Source: an uncultured Actinomycetota bacterium
Lineage (GTDB): Bacteria; Actinomycetota; Actinomycetes; Propionibacteriales; Nocardioidaceae
Assembly: GCA_963769475.1 (NCBI GenBank)
Contig: CAVYLX010000003.1
Span: 7,097 to 71,096, forward strand
Length of the DNA stretch: 64,000 nt
Reading direction: 5' to 3'
The notes beneath the pieces are model-generated. The model had not been told where the DNA came from and ran no database searches. It saw only the letters and a program-made list of their open reading frames with translations. Below are positions 21,362 to 31,459 of the stretch, in pieces. Both the position numbers and the translations under genes were made by a program. How positions within the stretch are numbered: position 1 is the stretch's first letter; the number at the start of each line of letters is the position of its first letter.

Positions 21362-22260
21362 ATGCGCAAGCTGCTCGTGCTCGGGTTCGTGGGACTGCTG
21401 GCCCAGCTCATCGACGGCTCGCTGGGGATGGCGTACGGCGTCACCTCCTCGACCCTGCTGCTCGCGGCAGGGGTCGCCCCGGCCGCCGCGTCGGCCGCCG
21501 TCCACTTCTCCGAGATCGGCACCTCGCTGGTCTCCGGCTTCTCCCACCACAAGCTCGGCAACGTCGACTGGCGGACCGTGTCGATCCTGGCCGTGCCCGG
21601 CTTCGTCGGCGCCTTCGCCGGTGCGACCTTCCTGGCGAGCCTGCCCGCCGACACCGCGAAGCCCTGGGTGGCCGGGCTCCTGCTCGCCCTCGGCATCTAC
21701 GTCGTCTTCCGCTTCCTGGTGCTGGGGGGGCGCCGCCCCACGTTCAAGACCCGCCCCTCGGCGAAGTTCCTGATGCCGATGGGCCTGGTCGGCGGCACGC
21801 TCGACTCGATCGGCGGCGGCGGCTGGGGTCCGGTCGGCACCACCACCCTGCTCTCATCGGGTCGGCTCGAGCCGCGCAAGGTCGTCGGCTCGATCGACAC
21901 CTCGGAGTTCGTGGTCGCGGTCGGCGGCTCGCTCGGCTTCATCCTCGCGCTCGGGTCGCCGGGCATCGAGTGGTCCTACGCCATCGCCCTGCTGGCCGGC
22001 GGCGTCATCGCCGCACCGATCGCCGCCTGGCTGGTCAAGAAGCTCGCCGCGCGGGTGCTCGGCGTCGCGGCCGGTGGCCTGATCGTGCTCACCAACTCCA
22101 AGACCATCTCCGAGGCCCTCGGCGCCTCCGGCTCCGCCGTCGGCGCGATCGCCGCCGTGGTCGGCGCGCTCTGGATCTCCGGCATCGTCTGGGCGGTCAA
22201 GCAGGAGCGCAAGGCGGCCGCGCTCGACGAGTCAACGAGCCGGTCCCTGCCACCGTCTGA
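21362..22260 (+). CDS. TauE/SafE family sulfite/anion exporter; 3' end uncertain (no in-frame stop before the next gene as sequenced)
   Basis: MRKLLVLGFVGLLAQLIDGSLGMAYGVTSSTLLLAAG...GGGGWGPVGTTTLL... The frame reads straight into the sigma gene. A stop at 22258-22260 exists in the adjacent frame. Confidence 0.75.
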
Positions 22261-22273
22261 CCACAATGGCCGG

Positions 22274-23191
22274 GTGACGACCCCCGACTTCGACACCCTC
22301 GTCGCCGAGCACCGGAGTGAGCTGTTCGCCCACTGCTACCGGATGCTCGGCTCACCCCAGGATGCCGAGGACGCGCTGCAGGAGGCGTTGCTCGGCGCCT
22401 GGAAGGGCTACGCCGGCTTCGAGGGTCGCGCTCGGTGCGGACGTGGCTCTACACGATCGCCACCAACGCCTGCCTCAAGCACGTCAAGAAGCGGGTGACC
22501 ACACCCGACGTGGGCCCGGCGTACACCCAGGTCGACGACCTCGGCGAGCCGGACCTCGAGCGCCACTTCCTGGAGCCGTGGGCCACCGACCCGGAGGCGA
22601 GCTACCTCGAGCGCGAGAGCGTCGAGCTCGCGTACGTCGCGGCGCTGCAGCACCTGCCCGCGACCCAGCGCGCGGTGCTGATCCTGCGTGAGGTGCTGCA
22701 GCTCTCGGCGGCCGAGGTAGCCGGCCTGCTGGACACCACGCCCGCCTCGGTCAACAGCGCGCTGCAGCGGGCCCGGGCCACGATCGGTGCCCGCACGCCG
22801 GCGCCTCGCAGCAGGCGGAGCTCGCGGCGCTCGGTGACGACGGCGTACGCCGCCTGGTCGAGGAGTTCATGCGGGCGTGGGAGAGCGCCGACGTCGGCCG
22901 GATCGGCGCCGTGCTCGCCGACGACGTGCGGTTCACCATGCCGCCGCTGCCGGCCTGGTTCGACGGCCGCGAGATGGTGCTGCGGTTCTGGGCCGAGCGG
23001 GTGTTCGCGGCGCCGTGGCGGCTGCGCCCGGTGACCGTCAACGGCCAGCCCGGCTTCGCCTGCGAACAGCAGGTCGAGGGGGTCTGGGGGCCAGGCTCGG
23101 TCACCGTGCTGGGTCTTCGCGACGGTCGGATCGCGACATCTCCGGCTTCGTCGATCCGGTCCTCGTCGAGGAGTTTCTGCGCGACCGATGA
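22274..23191 (+). pseudogene. ECF-type sigma-70 family factor with SnoaL-like C-terminal extension (ECF41/SigJ-like), three frameshifts (about 22428, 22800, 23130)
   Basis: VTTPDFDTLVAEHRSELFAHCYRMLGSPQDAEDALQEALLGAWKGYAGFEGR, then RTWLYTIATNACLKHVKKR...LPATQRAVLILREVLQLSAAEVAGLLDTTPASVNSALQRARATI, then LVEEFMRAWESADVGRIGAVLADDVRFTMPP..., then DISGFVDPVLVEEFLRDR-stop. Confidence 0.75.
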
Positions 23192-23249
23192 ATCGGCGAC
23201 CGGGCCTGCCTCTCAAGGGGTGACAGCACCACTCCGAGAAGAGGATCCC

Positions 23250-23833
23250 ATGCGCAAGCTGATCGTCACCAACATCGTCTCCCTCGACGGCTACGTCGCC
23301 GGCCCCGGCAACGACGTGATGGCCATGCCGATGGACCACGCGTTCAACGAGTCCAACGTCGAGCGCATGCGCGCCGCCGACACGATGCTGCTCGGCGCCA
23401 CCACCTACCGCGGGTTCGTCGGCTTCTGGCCGGAGGCCCTGTCGATGCCGGGCCTGGACCAGGGCAGCACCGAGATCGCCACCATCTGGCGCGACGGCAT
23501 CGAGACCGTGGTGGTCTCCGACTCGATCACCGAGCAGGACACCGGCCCGTGGCGGGAGTCGACCACGATCGTGCCCCGCGCCCACGGCCAGGCCGCAGTC
23601 GCCGAGCTCAAGCACACCGAGGGTCGGGACATCCTGGTCTTCGGCAGCCCCACGCTCTGGAACCACCTGCTCGCCGGCGGCCTGGTCGACGAGCTGCACC
23701 TGCTGGTCGGTCCGGTCGTGCTCGGCGGCGGCCTCCCGGCGTTCGGTCCGGGCGTGACCGCGAACGGCCTCCGCCTGACCGACGTACGCCGCTGGGAAGG
23801 CTCGGAGAACGTCCTGCTCAGCTACAGGTCTGA
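23250..23833 (+). pseudogene. Dihydrofolate reductase family protein (RibD C-terminal domain); probable 1-nt deletion in the last codons
   Basis: MRKLIVTNIVSLDGYVAGPGNDVMAMPMDHAFNES...ILVFGSPTLWNHLLAGGLVDELHLLVGPVVLGGG. As sequenced the frame runs on to 23963, across the convergent gene. Restoring one G in AGGTC gives ...LLSYRV-stop at 23831-23833. Confidence 0.7.
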
Positions 23834-23839
23834 CCAGCG

Positions 23840-24832
23840 TCAGCAGAAGATCGGCAGGCTGCAGGGCGGCGGGTTCGCCGGATCCACCGGGTTGCCGCCA
23901 CCGCCGTTGCCGGGTGGGTTGGCGACCATGCCCGGCACCACGTCGGCCACCGCAGGCGCGTAGTAGCGCCAGAGCAGCCGCGCCATCGAGGCGGTGATGT
24001 GGGAGTTGTCGTGGTAGGTCCAGGCGCCGTCGATCTTGGCGTAGCAGGTGCTGCCGCCGCACAGGAAGTCGTTGACGTCGATCATCCGCTTCGGGTGGGC
24101 CGGACGGGCCAGGTTGTTGAGCCACCGCTTGGTGGAGGCCTCGTTGCGGAACGCCTGGCGCCGAGGGAAGTCACAGGCGTACGGCTCCATCCGCTTGCAC
24201 GGAGCAGGCTTCGCAGGCGCCCGGGCGACCTGGTAGACGAAGTCGACGTCGACGTCCCACTGGCCGAGCTGCTTGAACAGGCGCGGTCCGCCCTGCTTGA
24301 AGATCTTCGTCTGGGCGTAGGGGTACTCCTTGCCGGGGCCGGGCTGCCTGCCCTTGTTGACCAGCACCATGAGCCGCTCGTACATGTCCCAGTTGCCGGC
24401 CAGCACCAGCTTGAAGTCCTGGTTGCCGTGGGCCAGCTCCTCGACGGTGCGCAGGGCCAGCACGTTCGACGCGGCACAGCGGCCGATCTGGTAGCGGTTC
24501 TCCCACGACAGGTTCGGGTCCATCGGAGGGCAGCTGCCCATCAGCGAGGTGATCACGTTGACGTTGCGTCCCTTGGCAGCCCGCAGGAAGCCGGGGATCT
24601 GCATCCAGATGTGCGAGTCGCCCCACAGCATCAGGGTCGGCCGGTTCTCCCGGTACGGCGTCAGCCGGCAGATCAGGGCGTCGGCGGGCACCTCCTCAGC
24701 CGGCGTCGCGCACGAGCGCGGAAGCCGGGTGTGGTCCTTGTCGGGGTCGGTCGCTGAAGCCGGCTGGACCGACAGCAGAGACAAGCCCAGGAAGGCGGCG
24801 AGCAGGAGACCGAGGAGACGTGTGGCGCGCAT
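23840..24832 (-). CDS. Secreted stand-alone SGNH hydrolase domain protein (paralog 1; domain type found at the C-terminus of AT3 acyltransferases)
   Basis: Signal peptide MRATRLLGLLLAAFLGLSLLSVQPASA. Catalytic blocks LMLWGDSHIWMQIP and YHDNSHIT. ORF 23840..25312 upstream of this Met is Arg/Pro-rich read-through. Confidence 0.75.
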   Translation of the reverse strand: MRATRLLGLLLAAFLGLSLLSVQPASATDPDKDHTRLPRSCATPAEEVPADALICRLTPYRENRPTLMLWGDSHIWMQIPGFLRAAKGRNVNVITSLMGSCPPMDPNLSWENRYQIGRCAASNVLALRTVEELAHGNQDFKLVLAGNWDMYERLMVLVNKGRQPGPGKEYPYAQTKIFKQGGPRLFKQLGQWDVDVDFVYQVARAPAKPAPCKRMEPYACDFPRRQAFRNEASTKRWLNNLARPAHPKRMIDVNDFLCGGSTCYAKIDGAWTYHDNSHITASMARLLWRYYAPAVADVVPGMVANPPGNGGGGNPVDPANPPPCSLPIFC

Positions 24833-24890
24833 GATGCGGCAATGCTGCCATGCGATTCCGAGTCGCGTGGCGGGGTTCCCGAAACCGTGA

Positions 24891-25628
24891 CTAACGTCTC
24901 GTGCGCTCCGCGTAAGCAGTGGCCGCGGCGTGCACGGCGGCGACGTACGTCGAGGAGTGGTTGTAGGAGAAGACGCTGCCGGACCAGCCGATGGACGACG
25001 CCAGGTCGTTGCCGTCGGCACACAGATACCGGGCCGCGGCGTACGCCGCATCGTCGATGTCGTTGGGGTCGGCCGTGCCGTCGCCGTCACCGTCGGCGCC
25101 CCACTGCTCCCACGTGGACGGGATGAACTGCATCTGGCCGACCGCGTGGTCCCACGACGGGGTCGCCGTGCCAGGCGGTGCTCTCGGCGGTGGCCGCGAT
25201 GGCGGCGAAGTCGCCGCTGCCGTCGAGCGCCGGACCGAGGATCGGCGATGACGAGTGGCCGTCGGCGCCCAGCGTGCGGCCGCCGATGGTGCCGTGCTGC
25301 GACTCGACCCACCCGATCCCGGCCAGTGTGGTCCAGCCGACGTCGCAGCCGTCGGGCGACCGCAGCATCGCCCGGGCGTAGGCGCGCAGCGCCGCCTCCG
25401 GCAGGCCGGACCGCCGCGCCGTCCGGGCCAGCCAGGCGGGATCGATCTGCGGCCCCCTGCCCGCGGCGCGGGCCGGCGCCGTGAGCCGCCGGGGGCTGCT
25501 GCGCAGCCGGCGCGGCCAGGCCGGTCGGCGTCAGGTCGGCGACCGGTGGCCGCTGTAAGCTGGAAGAGGAAATGGACGCCCATGGACAGCGCGACCATCG
25601 CGACGAGCCAGAGAAGGACTCGTCGCAT
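24891..25628 (-). pseudogene. Lytic murein transglycosylase (SLT_2-like), at least two frameshifts
   Basis: MRRVLLWLVAMVALSMGVHFL (signal/anchor). GWTTLAGIGWVESQHGTIGGRTLGADG... in ORF 25087..25368. GQMQFIPSTWEQWGADGDGDGTADPNDIDDAAYAAARYLC in ORF 24891..25628. Confidence 0.75.
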
Positions 25629-25655
25629 CAGTCGCGCGACAGCGCCTCCGCATCG

Positions 25656-27736
25656 TCAGCGGCCTCCTGGAGCGTCGGGCACGAAGTAGTCGCCGAGCGT
25701 GCTGGCGAAGCTCGCGCTCAGGTGGTTGTTGTCGAAGTAGGTGAGCTGGTCGCCGACGCGCGCCCGGCAGACCCCGTCGTCGCAGAAGGCGTCGTTGACG
25801 TCGATGAAGCTGGGGATGGCCGGCGAGCTTCCGCATCTGCTCCTGCAGCCAGGTGCGGGCGACCTTGTCGACCGCCTCCGACTCCGCGGCCGCGATGTCG
25901 CAGGAGTAGAAGTGGGCGAGCTGTGCCTCGCAGAGCGGTGCGCTGCGCGGCACCTCGGCGACCGGTGCGATCACGTCGACGCCGACCCCGAGCTCGCCGA
26001 GCTTGTCGAACAGCGCCGTCGTTGCCGTCGCGGAACAGCTCCGAGATGGCGTTCACGTACTTCTCGTGCTCGGGGTTGCCCCCGCGCTCGATCATCAGGT
26101 TGATCCGGGGTCCGCCGAAGTAGATCTCCCAGCTCGCGCCGAGGAGCACGCGCAGCGGCCGATCTCGCTCGGCCTGGTCCTCGATGAAGTCGAGGGCCAG
26201 CTGGTTGCCCTTCACGCAGTTGTTCAGCGGCATGCCGGTGGCATCGAAAGGCGGGCAGCTGCCCTGGCTGAAGAGCACCAGGTTGACGTCGACCTCCTCC
26301 GCGGCCGCCTCGATCGCCGGCACGTACATCCAGGCATGGGAGTCGCCCCAGAGCATCACCGTGCCGCGGCTGTTCTCCTGGCCGTTGAGGCGACACAGCA
26401 TCGGCCGCTGCGGGATCTTCTCCTCCTCGGTCGCGCACTCGTCGGGCAGGTCGGGGAAGTCGTTGAGCTGCTGGTTGACCGCCTCCCAGCGCGGGGAGTC
26501 GGCCTGGTCGTCGGCCACCACGAGCGTGCCCGCGGCCAGCACGGCCACCGTGGTCATGGAGAAGACGCCGGCCATCACCACGCGCCGTGGCCCCCAGGTG
26601 TAGCCGCTGGGGCGGCCGCCGGAGCGGTTGTAGAAGATGCCCTCGATGTAGCGCCAGCTCAGGTAGGAGATGCCGAGCGCGACCATCACCAGGGCCACCC
26701 TCATCCACAGCGGGGGCGGAGCCAGGTTGACGGCCTGGCCGATGACCAGCAGCGGCCAGTGCCAGAGATACCAGCCGTAGGAGAGGAGCCCGAGACCGAC
26801 GAAGAGCCGGAAGGACAGGAACTTGGTGATCAGGGTCGAGGTGCCGCAGCCCGCCCAGGTCATGAAGAAGGCGCCCATGCAGGGGATCAGCGCCCAGTAC
26901 GTCGGGTAGCCCTCCGTCGGCAGCGGGTCGATGAGCGCGTAGACCACCAGGCCGCCACCGACCAGCCCCATGATCTGGCGCGCGACGAACGGCGCCGTGA
27001 CCCTGGAGACGATCAGCGAGAGCGCGACCCCCAGGAGGAACTCGAAGGCCCGGGAGAACGGCAGGTAGTAGGCCGACTTGGGGTCCGACGTGGCCCAGGT
27101 GATGGCCAGCCACAGGCTGGCCATGAACAGCGCGAGACAGACGATCAGCAGGGTCGCGCGGACGTTGCTACGGATCAGCTTCGACAGCAGCCAGGCCAGC
27201 AGGATCAGGAACGGCATCGCGATGTAGAACTGCTCCTCCACCGACAGCGACCAGGTGTGGAGCAGGACGCCGGTGCCCGGCGCGTGGCCGAAGTAGCTGA
27301 CCTCGGTGTTCTGCCAGAAGAAGATGTTGGACACGAACCCCGCGGCGGCGGCCGCGGACTTGGCGGTCTCCTGCTGGGAGCCGGTCGGGGTGAGCAGGAA
27401 CAGGCTGACGATCAGGACGCCGAGGAGCATCGTCGCCTTGGCCGGGATCAGCCGCCGGGCGCGCCGCGCGTAGAACGCCGACCACTTGATGCGACCGGTC
27501 TTGTTGAACTCACCGAGCAGCAGGTTGGAGATCACGAAGCCGGAGACCACGAAGAACAGGTCGAGGCCGATGTAGGAGCCCTCGAAACCGGGTACGCCGG
27601 CGTGGAACCCCATCACCATGATCGCCGCGGTGCCGCGGATGCCGTCGATGTCGGGGCGGTAGTTCAGCCGGGTGGGCTTCGCCGGGGACTCGTCGGGACG
27701 GGTCAGGGGAGCATCGGGAGCCGTTAGCAGACTCAT
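25656..27736 (-). pseudogene. Acyltransferase family 3 (10-TM) fused to a C-terminal SGNH domain (OafA/OatA architecture); two frameshifts in the SGNH part (about 26011, about 25812)
   Basis: RPDIDGIRGTAAIMVMGFHAG...LLHTWSLSVEEQFY...SYGWYLWHWPLL. SGNH block VMLWGDSHAWMYVP. The tail is recovered in other frames: FDKLGELGVGVDVIAPVAEV..., then FIDVNDAFCDDGVCRARVGDQLTYFDNNHLSASFASTLGDYFVPDAPGGR-stop at 25658-25656. Confidence 0.85.
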
Positions 27737-27837
27737 GCCGGTTCCCTCCCCATGTCGTTGTAGTGCCGAAATTCCCTGTCAAGTATGCGACCAGCGACCC
27801 ACCTCAGTGGTGCATTGGTGGCAAACCTGGACGCCTC

Positions 27838-28901
27838 TTATTGCTTCTTTTCGTAGCGCTCGGCCCGGCGCCGCAGCCGGGTCCACGACCCCGCGAGGCC
27901 CATCGCCTTGCGCACCTCGCGCAGGGTCAGCTCCGCCTCGTGGCGGGTGCGCTCGGTGCCGTCGACGATCAGCTTCTCGACGTAGCCGGGGCGCGCTTCG
28001 TACTCGGTGCGCCGAGCGCGGATCGGGGTCAGGAACGCGCTCGAGGGCCTCGAAGAGGGCATCTTTGACCTCTACGTCGCCCACCGTCCCGGCCTGGTAG
28101 CGAGCGGTCAGCTCGGCCACCTCGTCGGGACGGTCGTTGAAGATTCGGTGGTAGACGAAGACCGGATTGGTCTCGGTCTCGCCGGGGATGTCCGCGCTGA
28201 GCCGCTTGGGGTCGGTGAACATGCCCTTGACCTTGCGGCGCACCGTGGCCGTGTCGTCGGTCAGCAGGATCGCGTTGCCGATGCTCTTGCTCATCTTTCC
28301 CTGGCCGTCGGTGCCGACCAGGGTCGGCACCTCGCCGACCAGGGCCTCGGGGACGGGCAGGGTCTCGCCGTACTCGTGGTTGAAGCGGCGCGCGATCTCG
28401 CGGGTGATCTCCACGTGGGCGAGGTTGTCCTTGCCGACCGGCACCATCTGCGCGCGCACGCACAGGATGTCGGCAGCCTGGAGGATCGGGTAGCCGAGCA
28501 GCGCGAAGGGCATCTCGTTCTTGCCGGAGTCGCGGACCATGTCCTTCAGGCTCGGCAGCCGCTGCAGGTGCGGCACGGAGATCAGGCTCTGGAAGAGCGT
28601 GTAGAGCTCGTGGATGCTGCCGCCGAGCCCCGACTGCAGGTAGAAGGTCGCCTTCTCGGGGTCGATGCCGGCGCTGATCATGTCGAGCACGGCGTCGCGC
28701 GCGTTGCCGCCGATGGCGTCGATCGCCTCCCGCGAGGACTTGGTGGTCAGCATGTGCAGGTCGGCGATGATGAAGAAGCATTCGTAGTCGTTCTGCAGGC
28801 GCACGCGGTTGTCGATGCGACCCGACGTAGTGGCCGAGGTGGAGCTTGCCGGTGGGACGGTCGCCGGTCAGCATCCGCTTCCCGGGCACTTCCTCCGTCA
28901 T
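27838..28901 (-). pseudogene. trpS: Tryptophan--tRNA ligase, two single-base insertions (28817 and about 28039)
   Basis: MTEEVPGKRMLTGDRPTGKLHLGHYVGS / IDNRVRLQNDYECFFIIADLHMLTT...GKMSKSIGNAILL...VKDALFEALE / AFLTPIRARRTEYEARPGYVEKLIVDGTERTRHEA. The ATG 28901-28899 overlaps the stop of the upstream SGNH gene (ATGA). Confidence 0.85.
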
Positions 28902-29872
28902 CGAACGCCCTTGAGCAGCTTGTCGACGGTCGGCACGAAGTACGACGCCAGCCGCGCCGACATCTTCGCGCCGATGTGGCCGTGGTCGTAGAACGTGTTG
29001 ATGCCGTCGACGGTGCCGTGACAGATGTTCGGCGTGCACATGTAGTCGCTCTGCGAGGTGATCTTGGGGTTGCCGAGCACTCCGCGCATCCAGCGCTTGA
29101 TCTGGGACCGGTTGAACGCTTCGTTCTCGATCACGACCGAGCGCGCGAGCGAGCAGCGGTAGGGCTCCATGCCGGCCGAGCACGGCCGCGGGTGGGCCGG
29201 CACGAACGGCGACTGACCGATGGCATCGGCGGGGATGCCGAGGGCGGTGAGGGTGCGGAACAGGCGGGGAATGCCGGTCTTCGCCAGGTCGGCGACCCGC
29301 TGGTAGCCCTGGATGTTGTGGCCCTCGAAGGGCACCTGGTCGCCGTTGCGCCACACGTGCTCGTAGATCGCCCAGGCAGCGCCGACCACGACGCGGACGC
29401 GGTGGTGGTGCCGGCTGGCGTTTGCCAGGTAGCGCATCGCCTTCATGCCGGTCTTCTGGCAGTTGTTGGCCGCGCGTCGCTGCTCGGGGGTGACCAGGGC
29501 GGGGTCCATGGGCGGGCAGGCACCGAAGATGAAGCCGACGAAGTTGACCTTGCGGTTGCCGATCGCCTTGCGGATCGCCGGGATCATCTGCCACGCGTGC
29601 GAGTCGCCCATCAGCACGATGGTGGGCGCGTTCTTGATCTTGGGGTTGAGCTGGCACTTCATCGGCGTGCGCGGGATCAGGTCCGCCACGCTGGCGCACT
29701 GCGGCGGCAGCACCGGGGTGTCCGGGTGCGCGGCGGTCGTGACGGCGCGCGGCGCGAGGGGATCAGGGTGCGCGGAGGCAGCGGACGCGACGGCACCCGG
29801 CGCGACGGAAAACGTCAGCGCAAGGGCAAGGACGGCGAGGAGCGGGCGTGCTCCAGACAGGGAACGAGCCAT
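28898..29872 (-). CDS. Secreted stand-alone SGNH hydrolase domain protein (paralog 2)
   Basis: Signal peptide MARSLSGARPLLAVLALALTFSVAPGAVASAASA; IVLMGDSHAWQMIP; FYDHGHIGAKMSARLASYFVP. Intact ORF. Confidence 0.75.
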   Translation of the reverse strand: MARSLSGARPLLAVLALALTFSVAPGAVASAASAHPDPLAPRAVTTAAHPDTPVLPPQCASVADLIPRTPMKCQLNPKIKNAPTIVLMGDSHAWQMIPAIRKAIGNRKVNFVGFIFGACPPMDPALVTPEQRRAANNCQKTGMKAMRYLANASRHHHRVRVVVGAAWAIYEHVWRNGDQVPFEGHNIQGYQRVADLAKTGIPRLFRTLTALGIPADAIGQSPFVPAHPRPCSAGMEPYRCSLARSVVIENEAFNRSQIKRWMRGVLGNPKITSQSDYMCTPNICHGTVDGINTFYDHGHIGAKMSARLASYFVPTVDKLLKGVR

Positions 29873-29929
29873 GGTGGCGTCATGCTCTCATCCGGGGACA
29901 ACTCCGCAGAAAACGCCGCCGAGTGTCGG

Positions 29930-30868
29930 TCATGACAGCAGCCGCTGGACGGTGCCGGCGAAATAGCCGCCCAGCAGCCCGGACAGCGCGATGCTGATGT
30001 GGGTGTCGTCGTACCAAGCACTCTGGCTGCGTACGCGGCCGGCGCATCCGGAGCTGGTGCAGAAGAACTTGCTCGGCTCGATCAGCTGGGCCGGCCGCCG
30101 CAGCTGGGAGACCAGGCGCTTCAGCGCCTGACGGTTGGCGGCGGCCTCCGGCAGGGCTGCCTCGCGAGGCAGGTCGCACTCGTAGGGATCCTCCGACTTG
30201 AGGCACTCCGGTGCGTTCTCCGGAACCGTGGGCATCTGGCCGACGACGTCGACCCGCGCGCGAGCGGCCCCGAGCACCTGGAACAGCTTGGGAAGCCCTA
30301 CGGCGGCCAGCTCGGCCGCGCCGGCGATGCTCTCGCTGGTGTGCTCGCGCCAGCCGGGCTCGTCGACGCCGAGCGGGTCGAGGGCGTAGCGGTACAGCTC
30401 CCAGCCCCCGGCCAGCACGACCCGGATGTCCTTCTTCTTCTCGGTCGCGTTGAGCACGTAGGTCAGCGCCTTGTGAGCGGTCTGCCGGCAGGGGCCGGCC
30501 GCGCGCACCTCGGCCGGCGTCTCCAGGCCCGGATCCATCGGCGGGCAGCCGCCGAACAGGAAGGCGACCAGGTTGATCTTGCGGTGGCCGATCGCCGACT
30601 TGAGCGCCGGGATCAGCTGCCAGGCGTGCGAGTCGCCCCAGAGCACCAGCGTCGGCGCGCCGGGGATGTCGGGGCTGAGCCGGCACTTCATCGGCCGCGC
30701 GAGACACGCGTCGGGCACGCCCGGCACCTCGTCGGTGCGGGCGGACACGGTGGGTGCCGCCGGTGCGAGCTGGGCCTGGGCCGGCGGGGTGGTCACGAAC
30801 AGGGTCGACAGCAGCGCGCAGGCGAGCGCCGCGATCAAGCCGCGAAGGGAACCGAGAGGGAGAGACAT
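29930..30868 (-). CDS. Secreted stand-alone SGNH hydrolase domain protein (paralog 3)
   Basis: Signal peptide MSLPLGSLRGLIAALACALLSTLFVTTPPAQA; LVLWGDSHAWQLIP; WYDDTHISIALSGLLGGYFAG. Intact ORF. Confidence 0.75.
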   Translation of the reverse strand: MSLPLGSLRGLIAALACALLSTLFVTTPPAQAQLAPAAPTVSARTDEVPGVPDACLARPMKCRLSPDIPGAPTLVLWGDSHAWQLIPALKSAIGHRKINLVAFLFGGCPPMDPGLETPAEVRAAGPCRQTAHKALTYVLNATEKKKDIRVVLAGGWELYRYALDPLGVDEPGWREHTSESIAGAAELAAVGLPKLFQVLGAARARVDVVGQMPTVPENAPECLKSEDPYECDLPREAALPEAAANRQALKRLVSQLRRPAQLIEPSKFFCTSSGCAGRVRSQSAWYDDTHISIALSGLLGGYFAGTVQRLLS

Positions 30869-30925
30869 GGTGCCGGGATTTTCTCACCTCCCGCCCGGCT
30901 GCGTGGGCGTAATAGGTTTCCTCGG

Positions 30926-31459
30926 GTGCATCTCTTCGAGTTCGAGGGCAAAAGCCCCACGGTCCACCCCGAGGCTTTCGTGGCCCCGACCGCCACGCTG
31001 ATCGGAGATGTGACCGTCGAGAAGGGCGCCAGCGTCTGGTACGGCGCGGTGCTCCGGGCCGACATCTGCACGATCGTGGTCCGCGAGGGCGCCAACGTGC
31101 AGGACAACTCGGTGATCCACGCGGGGCCGGACAACCTGGTCGAGATCGGCCCGGGCGCGACGGTCGCGCACGGATGCGTCGTACACGGCGCCGTGCTCGA
31201 GCGCCACGCGCTCCTGGGCAACAGCAGCACGATGCTCGACGGCTCCCGGCTCGGCGAGGGCTCGATGGTCGCGGCGGGTTCGCTGGTCAGCCCCGAGACG
31301 CAGATCCCCGCCGGGGTGCTCGCCGCGGGCACGCCCGCGGTGGTCAAGAAGGAGATCGCCGGCACCGGTGCGGAGTTCTGGGTGCAGGCCAACCCGTCGT
31401 ACTACGCCGACCTCGCGCAGCGGCACCGCGTCGGCGCGCGCCCGGTCGAGTCGACGTGA
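30926..31459 (+). CDS. Gamma carbonic anhydrase family protein (left-handed beta-helix, hexapeptide repeats)
   Basis: GTG 30926: VHLFEFEGKSPTVHPEAFVAPTATLIGDVTVEKGASVWYGAVLRADICTIVVREGANVQDNSVIH... Confidence 0.85.
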   Translation: MHLFEFEGKSPTVHPEAFVAPTATLIGDVTVEKGASVWYGAVLRADICTIVVREGANVQDNSVIHAGPDNLVEIGPGATVAHGCVVHGAVLERHALLGNSSTMLDGSRLGEGSMVAAGSLVSPETQIPAGVLAAGTPAVVKKEIAGTGAEFWVQANPSYYADLAQRHRVGARPVEST

